From assembly GCF_036321535.1 (NCBI RefSeq), contig NC_087447.1:40550001-40614000 (forward strand): 64,000 bases of DNA, read 5' to 3'. Position numbers and translations under genes: made by a program. Shown piece after piece: positions 47,564 to 60,502 of the stretch (the first letter of the stretch is position 1; each line of letters begins with the position of its first letter). The notes below the pieces were generated by a model. That model was given only the letters and a program-made list of their open reading frames with translations. It made no database searches and was not told where the DNA came from. The stretch comes from Camelus dromedarius (taxonomy: Eukaryota).

Positions 47564-48196
47564 TGATCCATCCTCATTATTTGTAGAATGTATATTTGCA
47601 AATTTGACTACTGGCTAAAATTTATTTGGAACCCCAACATCAATACCCACGGTGCTTTCATGGTCATTTGTGGACCCGTGCAGAATGGCCAAAAGTTTGC
47701 GTTGCTTATGTGCATTGCCGGCTGAGGCTGAACAAGGCGATGCTCTGCCTCCTTGTTTCAGCTCTCAGGCTGTAAACAAGTCTTTTTTGTGTGTGTGGTC
47801 TATTCAGTACCATGTTTCTTTTGCATTTTTGTGCTTTTTGTTGGTGGCCTCACTGTCTAAAATGCCCCCCCAAGTGTAGTGCTGAAGTTGACTGTTCCCA
47901 AGCACAGGGAAGCTGTGATGATCCTTACAGAGCAAACACGTACTTTAGACAAGCTTCGTTCAGGCATGAGTGATAGTGCTGTTGGCTGTGAGTTCAATGT
48001 TAATGAGTCAACAATATACATTAAATAAGGTGTCGTTGCATAGAATCACAGAAAACAAACTTGGGTATTGATTGGTTGATGAGAATGTTGTGGCCAGAGG
48101 CTCACAGGAGTCTAAGCCTGGTTTCCCCTAGCACCATGGCTCTGTATCCGCCACAGCTTTACCAGCATAACTTCTGTGAATGACGAGAATCAGCAG
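47564..48196. mobile_element. MER82-like Tigger (TcMar) non-autonomous DNA transposon, near full length
   Basis: 'gctaaaatttattt..aacccc', 'gctgaggctgaacaaggcgatgctctgcct', 'aagcttcgttcaggcatgag', and inverted ends 'atcctcattattt' / 'gaatgacgagaatc'. Confidence 0.85.
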
Positions 48197-50034
48197 TCTT
48201 GTCTCACCTGGACTCCCCCAGCCTACGCGGCCTGAGAAGTGAGACTTAGAGAAATGAGCACGTGTTCTTCCTAGGCGCTGGAACAGAAATGTTTTAAGCT
48301 CTGAACTGCATTTTCATATGATTCTATGTTTTTCTGGACAAAATGCAGGGAGGACGTGGATGTTTTGGGAAACATCCCCCTGGGAGGTGGGGGTAGCTGC
48401 AGCAATGGGGGCAGGCCACCGGCCCTCTTGCTCGAGGACCGAAGCTGGACCCCTGACTGCCGTCCTCGGTGAGTCTGGAGCCGCTCCTGCTCGCTGATGC
48501 CAGGCGAAGTTTAATTCTGGTGCGGGACTGAGCTGTGCTCCCAGCCTGTCTCCTCCCCAGTAGGCTGACAACTGCCGCTTATGTGGCAAGTTTCAGGAAG
48601 CACCTGACAGATACCTGAGACAAAGCTGGATCCTAGTTATTAGGCCTCCAGATAACTGTCACTGTGTGCTCTTATAGCTGAGGAGAAATGTGTGTGGCAT
48701 GTTTTGAGGCCCCTCTGAGGTTTCAGGAGAAAATGGACTACAGCAAGGTCACAAACAGTGTCTCAGGCACTGAAATGAAAAGAGTTTCTGGGATCTCAAA
48801 CCGGATGAGAATCTCTCTAGAGAGAAAGGCAGCATCAGACACATCTCACCACTGCTTCATGTTGCCAGATCAAAGCCAGAGCACAGCAAGGTCACCATGG
48901 CCTGTGACATCCTGGCAAGCTGGCATCCTGACACTGTGACATACACTGCATGTGACCAAAACATCACACTGCAGAATGGGACTTGGCACCCACACAACCC
49001 TGCAGTGTGAGGTTACAATCAGGCTCTGCACTGCACACCACTAGTGCTGTCACACTAAGACTGTAACGTGGCACCTGATGACCCCACTGCCCCGCCCAGG
49101 ACAACATCACGTGTATATCATGATACTGCAATGCTCTGATGATACACCAGCATGTTGCAAAGCCCTGACCTCACAGCATTCCTTCTGGCCAACTTCCTCG
49201 ACAGGGTGTCACCAGCTGACCACCCAGATGTTTCGGGGGCCTTCAAGCCCAGCCCAGAAGCACCACTGACATAAGCAACTCCGGGAGTTCTCTCTGGCCA
49301 CTCCCTCTCTTGTGCTGTCGGCGGGTGTGCCTTTCTCTCCCACTGGGTGTGAGGACAGAGGTAATTTCTTCCTCGCCTTTGTGTCTCTCAGCACTTAACA
49401 TAGCCCCTGGCTCAGAGTGAGTAGAGATAAGGAAAACGCTGTTTGGCAAACATGGCATTGAGTTAAAGAAATCCAATGACATCGAGGGGTCTCTGTGTAA
49501 ATCACAGCCACAGGCTCGGAAGACACCTCAGCCTAGAGTCAGTGTTTCCCACCGTTTATTCATTCCTCTATCCGTTTTCGCTGTATTTGTGTGTTACCTA
49601 TTATTAGCTCAACATTTTTAGTGTGCTCAGTAGAAGACATATACACACACATACACAATGCGAAATACATCCCTTAAAAAGAGAGCAGAAAGCTGAGAGG
49701 ATAGATGGCCCCCTGGCCCCGTGTCCCTGTGGAGTTACCCCGATGTTGACCTCTGTGTCCTGTTGGCACGTGAGGGCTGCATTTCAGATGCTGCAGGAGA
49801 ACAGATGAGGTCTGAGACAATCCGTGGCCCCTGAAGAATGGAGGCTTCCATGTATTTGGAAGGTTCCATGTATTTTGGGGGTTGCACGTGATCAAGGCTG
49901 GGAAAGTGGTTTCCTCGAAGAGACTAACAGACTCAGATCGACTCCTTGGGGCTTTCCTGGGACAGGGGCCTGGGTTCTCCAGCTTGCCTGGCAGGGGCTA
50001 TAACTCTGGAACTGTTCTGTTACCAGGACTACCC

Positions 50035-50270
50035 TAGCTAACATTTATTGAGCTCTTTTGCTCAAGTGTCTTCCTTTCTCTTTTTAATTTTACATAGCAA
50101 CTGCATGACGTTGGTACTTTTTACTATCCCCAGTTTGACATTTGGGAAACTGAGGCTCAGAGTGGTTGTGGCCTGCACAAAGTCACACAGCTAGTAAGAA
50201 GTGGAGCCAGAGCTCAGCCACATGCTGGCAGCTCTCTAGCTCCAGAGTCTGGGCTCCTGATCATTAGACT
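50035..50270 (-). mobile_element. MIR SINE
   Basis: 'gctaacatttattgagc', 'ggaaactgaggctcagag', 'aagtcacacagctagtaag'. Confidence 0.88.
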
Positions 50271-50904
50271 GAACTCCCTCTCTGAGCTATTTTTCCGATT
50301 TGTACCCAGCTGCCTGGTGTGGCCAGGAGACACAGGTTGGGGGTGGATCACTGAATTTGGGATGATGTTCTGTTCACCCGTTTCGCTTGGCCAAAGCCAT
50401 TCTCTGAGGGTTTGGAGAAGCTAGTTGGTGAGACCTAGACCTCTGGGAACCAGTGGTCAGTTGAGCAGCATGGCACTCGGTCCCTGAGTGTGTCTGGGGG
50501 CCTGTATACCATGAGACACTAGAGAGACACAAATGGATCCCACTCTCAGGCATAAATGACGAATAACACGAGAAGGTAGGATGTAGCTAATTCTATTGCC
50601 ATCATTTGCTTAATCAACTGACACTCCCAGGGATGAGTCGTGGTAATTACTCCCTCTCTGCCATGTCCCCCCTTTTCTCCCACTAATCTGCTCCTGGAAG
50701 CCACCTACAATCTGCGGCCTGTCCTGGCTGACTGTTTCTGAATCTGTGTCCCTTTTCATCTTGTCGACTTGCTAGGACTTGGTCCTGGTGTAGAGCACAG
50801 AGGTTGGCTCCTGAACGTGAGGGTCCCAGTTGGAAGCCTTGCGAGAATGAGCACAGATTTTTGCGCTGAAGCAGAAGCTCATTGATATTACACAGGAGCA
50901 GATA

Positions 50905-51388
50905 CACGGTCCCCACGTTCATAGAAGCCCTATTCACAATAGCCAAAAGGTGGAAATAGCCCAAATGTCCATCAGTGGGTGAGTGGATAAACAAAATGTG
51001 GTAGATCCATCTTATGACATATTATTTGACCATAAAAAGAATGAAAAATCGATACATGCCACAATGGGGATGAACCTTGAAATGATTATTCTAAGTATAA
51101 GAAGTTAGACTCAGAAGATCACATGTTGTATGATTCCATTTATATGAAATAGCCAGAGGCAGTAAATCCATAGAGACACTTGCAGATTGGAGGTTCCCTG
51201 GGGCCAGGAGGAGGGGGAATGGGGAGCAACTGCTGTATGGGTCCAGGATTTCCTGGTGGGGTGATGAAAGTGTTTTGGAACTAAGTAGAGGTGGTGGTGA
51301 CACAACATTGTATATATACTAAATGCCACTGATTTGTTCACATTCAAATGGTTAATTTTATGTGATGTAAATCTCACCTCAATAAAAC
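50905..51388 (+). mobile_element. L1 (L1MB-type) 3' end
   Basis: 'tattcacaatagccaaaaggtggaaa..cccaaatgtccatca', 'tgtatgattccatttatatgaaat', ends with 'ctcaataaaa'. Confidence 0.9.
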
Positions 51389-51819
51389 GAGGCCAAAGTT
51401 TTAAAATGCAATATAGGAAAGATTTGGTTCAAGCATCATATAATTATTGGAAAGATTTTGCAGTCATGTCAGAAGCTGTGTGGTCCTTCAGTGGAAGCAG
51501 CATATGTATTTCTCCGTCTTTACACATTCCCAGTGCTCAAAACACTTCCACGCTGACAGGGTGGCAGCATGTGTTAACCAGCGGTATCCCGGGAGAGCAT
51601 CTGGGGTGAGGAGAGCGTGATGGGGAGGGAGGTGCCCGGGCAGGGGAGTTAGACTCTAGTTCAAGACACACTGGGCCACCTTTTCTGCCTGGGATATCGG
51701 AGCGAGGAGATGTTTTAAAAATCCAGCTTCTCAAATGACCTACAAAGAAAATCGATCAGAGGATACATAATTAAATAGCACTATAGTTATAGAGAAGTGT
51801 CCTACTCAAGAATTTTTCC

Positions 51820-52190
51820 CTTAAAGCTTATTTTATTACTTAACTATAAAAGCAACCTACTTATTACAGATTGGGAAGCACAGAAAAGCATAAAGAAAAA
51901 GGGGAAAAGTCATCGATCATCCCACCATACACAAGTAGCCACTTCTAACATATATCTTTTCCAGGATTTTATCTTTGCTCTTCACTCACATAGCTAAAAT
52001 CACATGATGTACACAAAATTTTAACCTACTTCTTTTTCCCGTAATATCATAGAATCAGCATTCCTCTGGTTTATTAAAACTGCTTTGTAAACATCATTGT
52101 GCTGGCTGCACAATAGTCCATTGTAAGGAGGTATGGTTTATTTAACAACTCCCTTATCATTAGATGCTTTGGTTGCCCTTTGAGAGCAAA
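51820..52190 (-). mobile_element. Ancient L1 (L1ME-type) 3' fragment
   Basis: 'ggctgcacaatagtccattgta...tttatttaacaactcccttat..ttagatgctttggttg'. Confidence 0.55.
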
Positions 52191-52639
52191 TATTAAATTC
52201 AGCACACACAACAGAAGTAGCGGGTGGAGGGACCGGGGAGATCCCGTGGGACTGACCACGTGACCCGGGATACACAAACCTTCAGGAGAGACAGCTGGGT
52301 ACGTGTAATCTTGGGAAGGTGAGACTGGTGTGTGACTATAATTTTTAATTATAATTATAATAGAATGCAAACTCTCCCACAGCAGTGTGTATCCTGTTTG
52401 GAGAACAATCAGAAGGGTCAGTTAGCACGCAGCCTGGGAAAGAAAGAATGGGAAGCCGGCAGATGCATGCAGGCCCTGTCCAGTGAGGGGGACCCAGAGA
52501 TTTGTATTTTTCCCATCTTCGGTAAACCTTTCCTGAACCCCCTCTACATGGCAGGTGATAGGGACGCCATAGGAGTAAGGCAAACTTGTGCCTCAAATGA
52601 GCAAGGACGCAGCAGGGCAGGCAGGCTGTTCAGTGTGAT

Positions 52640-52800
52640 TGTGAAGATGTGGAGCAGTGCCCACTGGGCCGAGACAGGGCTCCGTGTTCTGGGAGCACAG
52701 AGGGCATCGCGGCCCAGCCTTGGTGTCAGAGGCAGGGGTGGGGACAGGGAGGCTTCCCATAGAAGGTGACGCCTGAGCTGAGACTCGATAGATGAACTGG
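52640..52800 (-). mobile_element. L2 fragment
   Basis: 'cagggaggcttcccatagaaggtgacgcctgagctgagactc'. Confidence 0.6.
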
Positions 52801-54724
52801 AATGAGAGTCCTCTGAGCACCTCTGTGGCTCCCCCATTGGCCACTGCCTTCTGATTCCACACTCACCATGCAGCTGTTTGTAACTAATTTGGCTTCCAGG
52901 ATCCATGGAGAGACATGCGCTGGTCTGGTCCTAGTATTGGGGCCTTCTCATTGCCATGGCCATGTTAGTATCTGCTCTTGAACTTGGTTCCCGTGGGTCT
53001 GTCCCCAAGAAATGGAGCCTGCCCTTTGTTCTGACCTGGTGAGTTTTGTGAGCCTGCGGGGCCAAGGGTGAGGCTTGGTGAATCCGCCAGGGTGACCCGA
53101 GTCTCCCGGAATGCCTTCTCCAGGAACACTAGGGCCCATACGTGCCCTCTCCTTTCTAAGGGCAACAGCTCCCTCTCACGGGTGTTGTGCAGATTAAACC
53201 ATATGGTGTGGGCAGTGGGCCTGCTCAGAGCTGGTGCTCAGAGGTCTGGTTCTTGTCTCCCTCCTTCGCAGACCCTCCTGCCTGGGTTTGGGGGTAGCGG
53301 ACGAGTGGAGAGGGTGAGTCACATAGTTCTCCCTAGTTCTCTCAGTTCCTTAACCAAGCCACTAGTCAATGTGGCTAATTGTTACTTTTTGAGATAAATG
53401 TTTAAAATATCATCTCCTATGACAAGTTTCTTTAAAAGCTCACGGACTTGCTGGGGGTGAAAGGGAAGATAATACACATGCACAGAATAACCAGAAAATC
53501 GCACTGGAAGCGATTTGACTGTGAAGGTTCCCTCCTCCGCCTGGGCTGGATATTTATGGTCAGCATCTGATCAACCAGGCAGCACCCACGTGACACCTCT
53601 CCCCATCCCCGCCCAGGACAAAAGCTGCCTTCTCCTCGCTCCACTCTCCCCAGCTCTGCACCTCCATGAGCTCTGGCTCCAGACACCTTCACGTCTGTGT
53701 GGGGAGCAGATCTCCTTCCCTGGACCTCTGTGACTCAGTGGTGAACCTGGAAGAGGACCTGTTGAAAAGCCTGATGTGGGCTCCAACTGGGAAGGAAAAA
53801 GGCCCTGCTGTCCCTCCTCTTGGGAGTGAGAGCTCAATGAACTTGACTAAGCATGGTTTCCCAGGTGCTGGGAGGGAGGCCTCCAAAGAATGGGAGTCAG
53901 ATGCCTTGGGCAGTAGTTATATCATTTCCATAAGCCTAGGTGATGCTTTCAGGACTTCCACAGATGCCCCAGGTGGCCTTGGAATTGGACTTGGGCCTTT
54001 GGGTGGCCAAGGGTCAACTCCCGTAGACAGGATTTGGGCTGCACTAATCCAAGGCCACAGCCCTGGGACATCAGTTTGGTCTGGGGGCTCCACCAGGGAT
54101 GGCCCTGCTCCACACACACACCTACACTCACCCATTCCTTTCCCTTCCTTTTCCCCTCTTCCCTCCATCTTCTGTCCAAACCCTTCTCTGAAAACACACT
54201 GCCAGTCTGAGTCCTGGGGTTGCCATGGCTACAGTGAGGGGAGCAGCTGCCGCCGAGGTGCTTGCTCCCAGTGCAGCCTGGTGTTGGTCACTTTTGTCTG
54301 GACACAACCTCTCACCCCTGACAAGGCCGCATGGACCCTCATAACTGATGAGCCATGATGCACCTCCTGGGCAGCAATGGCCTTGTTGGCCACTGCTGTT
54401 GCTGAGCTGGGCCTGTGGGAAGCCTGTAGCTTGTCGGCTGGCTGGAAACATCTCTCTGAGCTCTTAGATTCACATCTAGGAATAAGTACCCTTTTTAAGG
54501 GATGAAACTAGCAAATGATAATCAACCAACTGACCATCACCCCACTTACCATCACTAAAAAAAAGAGCCTGAAAAGAAATAAGTTGATTCTAGCACTCAG
54601 TTCCCAATGAAAAGCCTCAGGCCCGTGGTGTCTCACCCTCCCACCCTCAGTGCTGCTGCTTCAGTTTCCTTTGGAGGCTCTGAGGTCTCAGTCATCTGCC
54701 CTGTGTGTGCTCAGAAGGAGAGGC

Positions 54725-54975
54725 CTGCGGTAGCTCACAGGTCAAGAGCAGAGATGCTTGGGCTGGGATGTCTGTGTTCAGATCCTGGCTCAGCAGATTG
54801 CTGGTTGCTTGATCCTGGGCTAGTTATTAGCCTCTCTGTGCCTCACTTCCCCCTTCTGTAGAATGAAGATGGCAATATTATCAGCCTCGTAGGGTTGCTG
54901 TGAAGATTAAATGAGTCAATATATGTAAAGCACTTCAAATAGCGCCAAGCCCAGGGTAAATGCCTTGTCAGTGTT
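54725..54975 (+). mobile_element. MIR SINE
   Basis: 'cctctctgtgcctcacttcccc..ctgtagaatg', 'agggttgctgtgaagattaaatgag'. Confidence 0.88.
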
Positions 54976-55804
54976 TGCTGTTAGAAGGCTCCGGGTAGTC
55001 ACTGGGTTTCTGGCCGGGCCCGAGTTGCCCTCCTCCAAAGAGGATTCTGCCTCATGCTTTGGGTCTCGCCTGTGCTTTGATCAAGGGGTTTGCCATTTCC
55101 AACAAAAGATGGTATTTATTACCAGGGACGTAATTAGTGGGTCATTGGTATTTACCCTCCAAAGAACGATAGAATTAAAAAATTAAACCGCCTCAAAGAA
55201 GGGGTCTCAGTGGAGTAGCTCAGCTGCAGGAGCATGGGAGCCAGTATATCTCTTACAGTAGCAGCCAAAGGCTTTGACCCCACCCCCGTGCATTCCTGAC
55301 TCTCCACCCTGGCTCTTTTCCTCCCAGTTTCTAGATGCAGGCATGTGTCAAGCACATACTCGTAAGGGGTGCTGGGGCTTTCAGAAGCACCAGGCAGCTC
55401 CCTCTGCCCTCCGTGTGGGCTGCCGCATTCTGGCCCACCTCTGGCCTTGAGAGACAGGAACAGTCCTGCTGCAGGGCTGTGCGGGCTACACTGCCGCGTC
55501 GGGGCTGAGGCCTGGAGACAGCAGTGGCTCTATCTGGACTTCTTAAATTGTCCGGGACACTCAGGGATTTCCCGGCCAGCATTTGGATTTAAGGAGAGAG
55601 ACACACAGACTCTTTGGTAAAATCTTCAACTAACGAAAAAGCTGCTCCTTGACAATCTGTCAACATGTGTTAGGAGGAGGTCTTCAGACAGCCTAAAGCC
55701 CAGAACAGCGCGTCTCCTCTTGGCCAACTTAGAGCTCTTGTTTGGTAAATTATGTCTTTGTTTGACCTTTCAATGGCTGATGAGAGTCCTGAAAATTCAA
55801 TGTA

Positions 55805-55985
55805 TCAAGCATTTACTGAGAGCTTTCATGTCTTCTATCACTTGGAGTAAGTACTATGGTTATCCCCACTCACACATTCACACACTGAAGTTCAGAGAGG
55901 CAAAGTGATTTGTCCAGGGTCACACAGCTGGTAACTGGCAGAGCTGAGATTTAAACCTCGATCTGTCTTTCTAACCCCCAGCGCC
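55805..55985 (-). mobile_element. MIR SINE
   Basis: 'aagtgatttgtccagggtcacacagctggtaactggcagagctgagatttaaacc'. Confidence 0.85.
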
Positions 55986-56019
55986 TGTACTTTTGCCTGT
56001 TATGAGTGGTGCCTCCCTG

Positions 56020-56140
56020 GGTGGTGAGTGGACAGAAAGTCATGGACTTTGGTGTCAGATGGGCCTGTCTTTGCCTTACAAGCTGGGTCAAGTTGGACAG
56101 ACCATTTCGCCTCCTTAACAACAGTAAGATAACAGTTGCA
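56020..56140 (+). mobile_element. MIR SINE fragment
   Basis: 'gaaagtcatggactttggtgtcagatgggcctg'. Confidence 0.5.
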
Positions 56141-57279
56141 GCGTGAGTGCTCTGGTTCCCGAGGCTGCCACCCAGCCGCTTCATAATGTCAGCGGAGTGA
56201 ATGAGCCATGGGGCCATAAGTCCCCTGGAGCTGACTTTGTCATCACGTATTCCGGAACAGACAGGCATTTCCTCAGACACAGAGGAAACTCATCTCTGAC
56301 AGAAGGTGTAGGGGCAGCTTGCAAGGCTCTGATACAATTGTGTGGTGTTTGGGGGGCTCTGCGTTTTATTATCAGAAAAGGGGGACACCTGCATGACTCA
56401 CCCCCCCCCCCCCCGTAGGATGACCTATTTTTCTCCACATAATTCTCAGAAATTTTATTCTGGGAGTAGGAGGTGGGGTGGGAGCTGGGAGTGGAGGAGA
56501 GATGTGGGGTGTCCAGCCACAATCCCCTGCCCAGACACTGTGATGGATCAGGTTCTCGGCCATCCACGGCCCCAGAAATGGCTGCTTCTTGCATCTGGAA
56601 AGCACTGCAGAGCCTCAAAGAGCTGGACTCTTGGAGACACTGTTCTAGCTCATTCTGTCACACCTTTGGGGCCAGCCTCAATGGCAGGGTGAGATCCCTA
56701 AGTTCCATCTTGGCTGTCCACTGCGGCCTCCTGCCCACCTGGCCTGGGCTGCATAAGCCCATCAGCTCCTCTGGGTCCTTGACCTTCCGTCATGGGGGGC
56801 AGATTACAGGTGCCAGCACGGACTGGGCCTTGCAGGCGACTGGTGACAGGAAGAGGTCAGTATGTAATAATGATCCTCTAAAAAAAGAAGCTTAATGACA
56901 CCTTGAAATGGAAAGATTCCTTTATTCTCTTGAACTGAATGTGCTGGACTTGGGAGGCCCCTCAGTGTCTTGCTGCCTGGTCTATTTCTACCTCTCTTTT
57001 CTTGCCAGTGTTGTTTGTGTCAAATTCCAGAAACCTTTTCTAGGACTGAAATCCTAATGAAAATGGACGGGCTTGTAACTCAGAGTTCCTTACAGATCAA
57101 GTCCTCAGACACAGTCATGAGAATTCACCGTGGACCTTGAATGATTTTAATTCATCACCCCCAGCTTGGTTTCATCATAGGAATAACAATATTTAACACA
57201 TTGGCAAAAATCAATAAATGATTTTTGAACCAAAAAAAGACCACATGCCACTTAGCCTGATGCCAAGTAGGCGGTTAGG

Positions 57280-57430
57280 ATACATTAGTCAAACCTGAAC
57301 ATCAGTTGTCTTATCTGTGAAAATGGGAATAATAATCATAGCACCTGCTTGCAGGGGGTCACTGGTCAAATGAAGTGGTTCGGTCTGTGCGAAGAGCCCA
57401 GTGCCTGTCGTACACTGGCTAGGCTATATC
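57280..57430 (+). mobile_element. MIR SINE fragment
   Basis: 'cagttgtcttatctgtgaaaatgggaataataatcatagcacct'. Confidence 0.7.
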
Positions 57431-57929
57431 TGTTCATTCTTATTACTCTCAACTTTGCAGGCTTTGGGATTGTCATAATGTGTTTAATTGGAAGGCAGAG
57501 AGAAAGGACCGTCCCCAAGGAGACTCAGCTCTCCACACCGCAGCCCTGGAGTGGGAGGGGTGGGAGGAAGGGATGGAGGAGCAGCCAAGAGACAGAGATA
57601 ATCCAAGGAACGCTTTGGATTATCTGCTAGTTCCTTTGCAAGGCGATAGGCGTCTAGATCTGTTCCACATGACGCTTTTTGCTGCAAGAGAGCAAGCAGC
57701 AGCAGGGTACAGGGTACAGTACAGGAGTACAGGCCTGTGAGACCAACTCCAGGCACGCTGTCCTTGGAATCCCCAGACGATTTCTAGAAACTACTCTGAC
57801 TTCCACCTGCAAATACAGGGTTCAGGGCACTCACAACAAATAGCTTCATTTCTCGACATGTCTGTTTGCCTTGGCAAGCAAAAGCAAATAACGCAAGGCT
57901 GAGCAGAGGGAGTAGCTGCTTCAGACTTC

Positions 57930-58030
57930 ATCCCAGTAAGAGATTGAACAGGATTGCAAGACTAGGACTCAGTGGGATGATCATTGGTCTGACCTGGTAC
58001 ACAGTTGATGTCAGCTGGGATCTCCCTGGC
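57930..58030 (-). mobile_element. Possible L3/CR1 RT fragment
   Basis: 'agagattgaacaggattgcaagactaggactcagtgggatgatcattgg...agttgatgtca' resembles the antisense CR1 GVPQGSVLGP-LF region. Confidence 0.3.
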
Positions 58031-58984
58031 CTGTAAGCCCTGGAGATGGATGTGAATGCCCATTCCATGACTGTGTAATTCCAATTCCTCTCTAAGATTT
58101 CTGTAATCCCTCGTGGTGTCATGTCCATACCATGTTTACTCAGATGTGGAACTCATCCCTCTTCTAAATTTACACACACACACTACCTCACATATGATGT
58201 TGTGTGTCTACCAGACTTTACTGAACATTTGCATGAAAAAACATTTGGATATTCGATGTTCCTGTTCCTAGAATGTTCCTTAGCCATTTCCTCAGCTGAG
58301 AGCATAGCTTCCCACCCATTCTCTCCCTTCTTTGCCTTCTCTAGTGACTGGTCCCTCCTCTCCAACTTGCTCCCCGCCGCCTTGCATATCCAAAGGGAAG
58401 TCACTGAGCAGGACCCGCGCTCCTCAGGAGGCGGATTGGCGTATATGTTGCCCTCCCCCTTTCCACTGCATATTCCAAAACAGGAGGATTTTTTAACCTG
58501 TTTGGTAAAGAAGAGCAAGAAAATGTGCTCCATACACAAGAAGAGGCTTCCTCCTGAAATGAGCAAGGAAAAACATCAGAGCCATCTGTCTGGAGCCGCG
58601 AGCCTACGTTTCCAGCCTGGAGAACGGACTGGCCAGGCTGGCTCTATCCTCTGGGTGGACGTTGTTTTTGGACGCAGCCTCAGACCCTGGCAGTGTGCAC
58701 ACAGGGCTTCGTCTGTTGCTAGACAGATCCACTTGCTGCCTTGGACTAACAAGCCCGGGCGACAGGTGGCGAAGCACATTACAGGCTGGAAGTTTCAGCC
58801 AAAGGCCAGCATTCACGCTGACAAGAACCAGGGCTTAGAGCAGAGCTGGCACCACCTTGAAAGTCATACCATGGCCGTTCGCTTCTCCTTTGTCCTGCGA
58901 TGCTAGAGGAGTGAATTCAACACACCCCAGTTGCTTCTGTTTCCTTCTGAGAAGCACGGGGTCACGGGGCTTCCTTTTTCTAGC

Positions 58985-59120
58985 ATATACTGAAGGCATA
59001 GCTGCAAAGTGCTCTGCATGGGTAATCTCACCCTGGCTTCATAATCATCCCGTGGGGAGAGAAGTTCTCATTTTAGAGGGAGATGCAGGCCCGGGGTTCA
59101 CACGGGCTCTGGAGCCCACT
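58985..59120 (-). mobile_element. MIR SINE (degenerate)
   Basis: 'aagtgctctgcatgggtaatctca', 'ctcattttagagggaga'. Confidence 0.45.
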
Positions 59121-60465
59121 CACGTCACCCTTCGTGGCGATGGTGTCCCAGCCTCCCTGGGAGCAGAGGAAGGACGCTGATGTAGACTGGCCATGAGCTC
59201 TGTGCCTGCTCCTTCCACACAAATCTTACCCCTTTTAATTCAAATTGACAGATCTATGATTTTATTAGCCCCATTTTCCAGACAAGGAATCCAAGTCTCA
59301 GAGAGAGAATCGTCAGAAGTGACATCAGGATTCCTGCCACGGTTCTTCTTGTCATCACCCCCAGAGCAGCGACTCTGGGTTAAGCTGACTCTGGGCTCAG
59401 CCCATCAGGAGTGGATGCCTTTGGAACCCCAGCAAGCTCCCCATCCAGCCATGCTAGTTCACCATCTCCAGGCCTCCCCAGCTGCCGACTTGCACAACTA
59501 GCCACTGTCAGGCTCAACCCTGCCCAGGCTCGCAGCCAAGGGGAGCCTGGCCTGGCCGGGTGGAAATTCCCTCTCCAACAGAGAGTGACTTGCGGAGTTC
59601 GCCTGCTGCCCCACGCCCTGTGACAGGCTGTCTAGAACGAGTGAGCTGAGCAGGAGGTGGCTGTAGGAGCCCCAGGCTGCAGCCTTCCTCCCTTATCCTG
59701 GCCTTATGCCAGGAAGCCAGTTTCAATCCAGTTCCTACATCCCAGGGTGTAGTGGGCCAGAAGAGTGGTCTTGACTCTCAGCCTTTGTCTGGGGCCTTGG
59801 TCTGACTTGAATGTGTCTTGGTCAAGCAAGTTGCCCTACTGTACTACAGGTTAGGGGACAAACAACACCCCCAGCCCATTCCCAGAATGTCTAGCCAAGT
59901 TGACATCACAATCTGTGAATAATAGCAGCAAGTCCAGAAGCCCTGTCCATGCCCCTCCTAGCTTCTTGTGATGAATCAAGGGTGGCCTCGCACAGAAGCT
60001 CCTATAGTGGCCACACATAGCTGTCACCATAAACAGCAGAAGCAGCTCTCCCCAGCATTTCGCTCAGGGGTGGGGACTCAGCTTTTCAAACCCCTAGGCA
60101 TGAGGAGATGTATTTTGCTAGGGCAGACCTGTGCAATCAGAGGCAAAATGCCACTGGCTGGGCACATTTAGGAATTAAGCAACTGAGGGAGGGGCGCGGC
60201 CAGAGGAGGGCCAAAGCAGGGCTCTGGAAAATGTGGGGGCCCAGGTAGGGACCTGTCTTGTCTAAGAGTGATCCTGCACATTGGCATGGTCCCAGAGGTA
60301 CCAGCTCAAGATTAGCTTCTTGCTCTGGGTACCAACTAATTTGTGATTTGATGTTCAATCTGTTTCCATGGTTATCACACCACTCTCATCATTCCCATCT
60401 CCTTTTCTCTTTATCTCTAATCTTGGAGATTTTCCCAAGTTTGTCCTCCAAATCATAGATTAGGG

Positions 60466-60468
<3 letters not shown>

Positions 60469-60499
<31 letters not shown>
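60469..60499. repeat. (TG)n microsatellite
   Basis: Directly visible. Confidence 0.95.

Positions 60500-60502
<3 letters not shown>

Noticed and set aside
49846..49876. 18-bp-period repeat of 'ttccatgtattt'
   Set aside because: Trivial slippage duplication with no further structure
53666..54358. 230-aa ORF (+)
   Set aside because: Ser/Gly/Pro-rich composition typical of non-coding GC-rich sequence; no homology recognised
58121..58906. Longest ORF (261 aa, +)
   Set aside because: No recognisable domain or motif and no supporting gene structure; a single ORF of this length can arise by chance in GC-richer DNA
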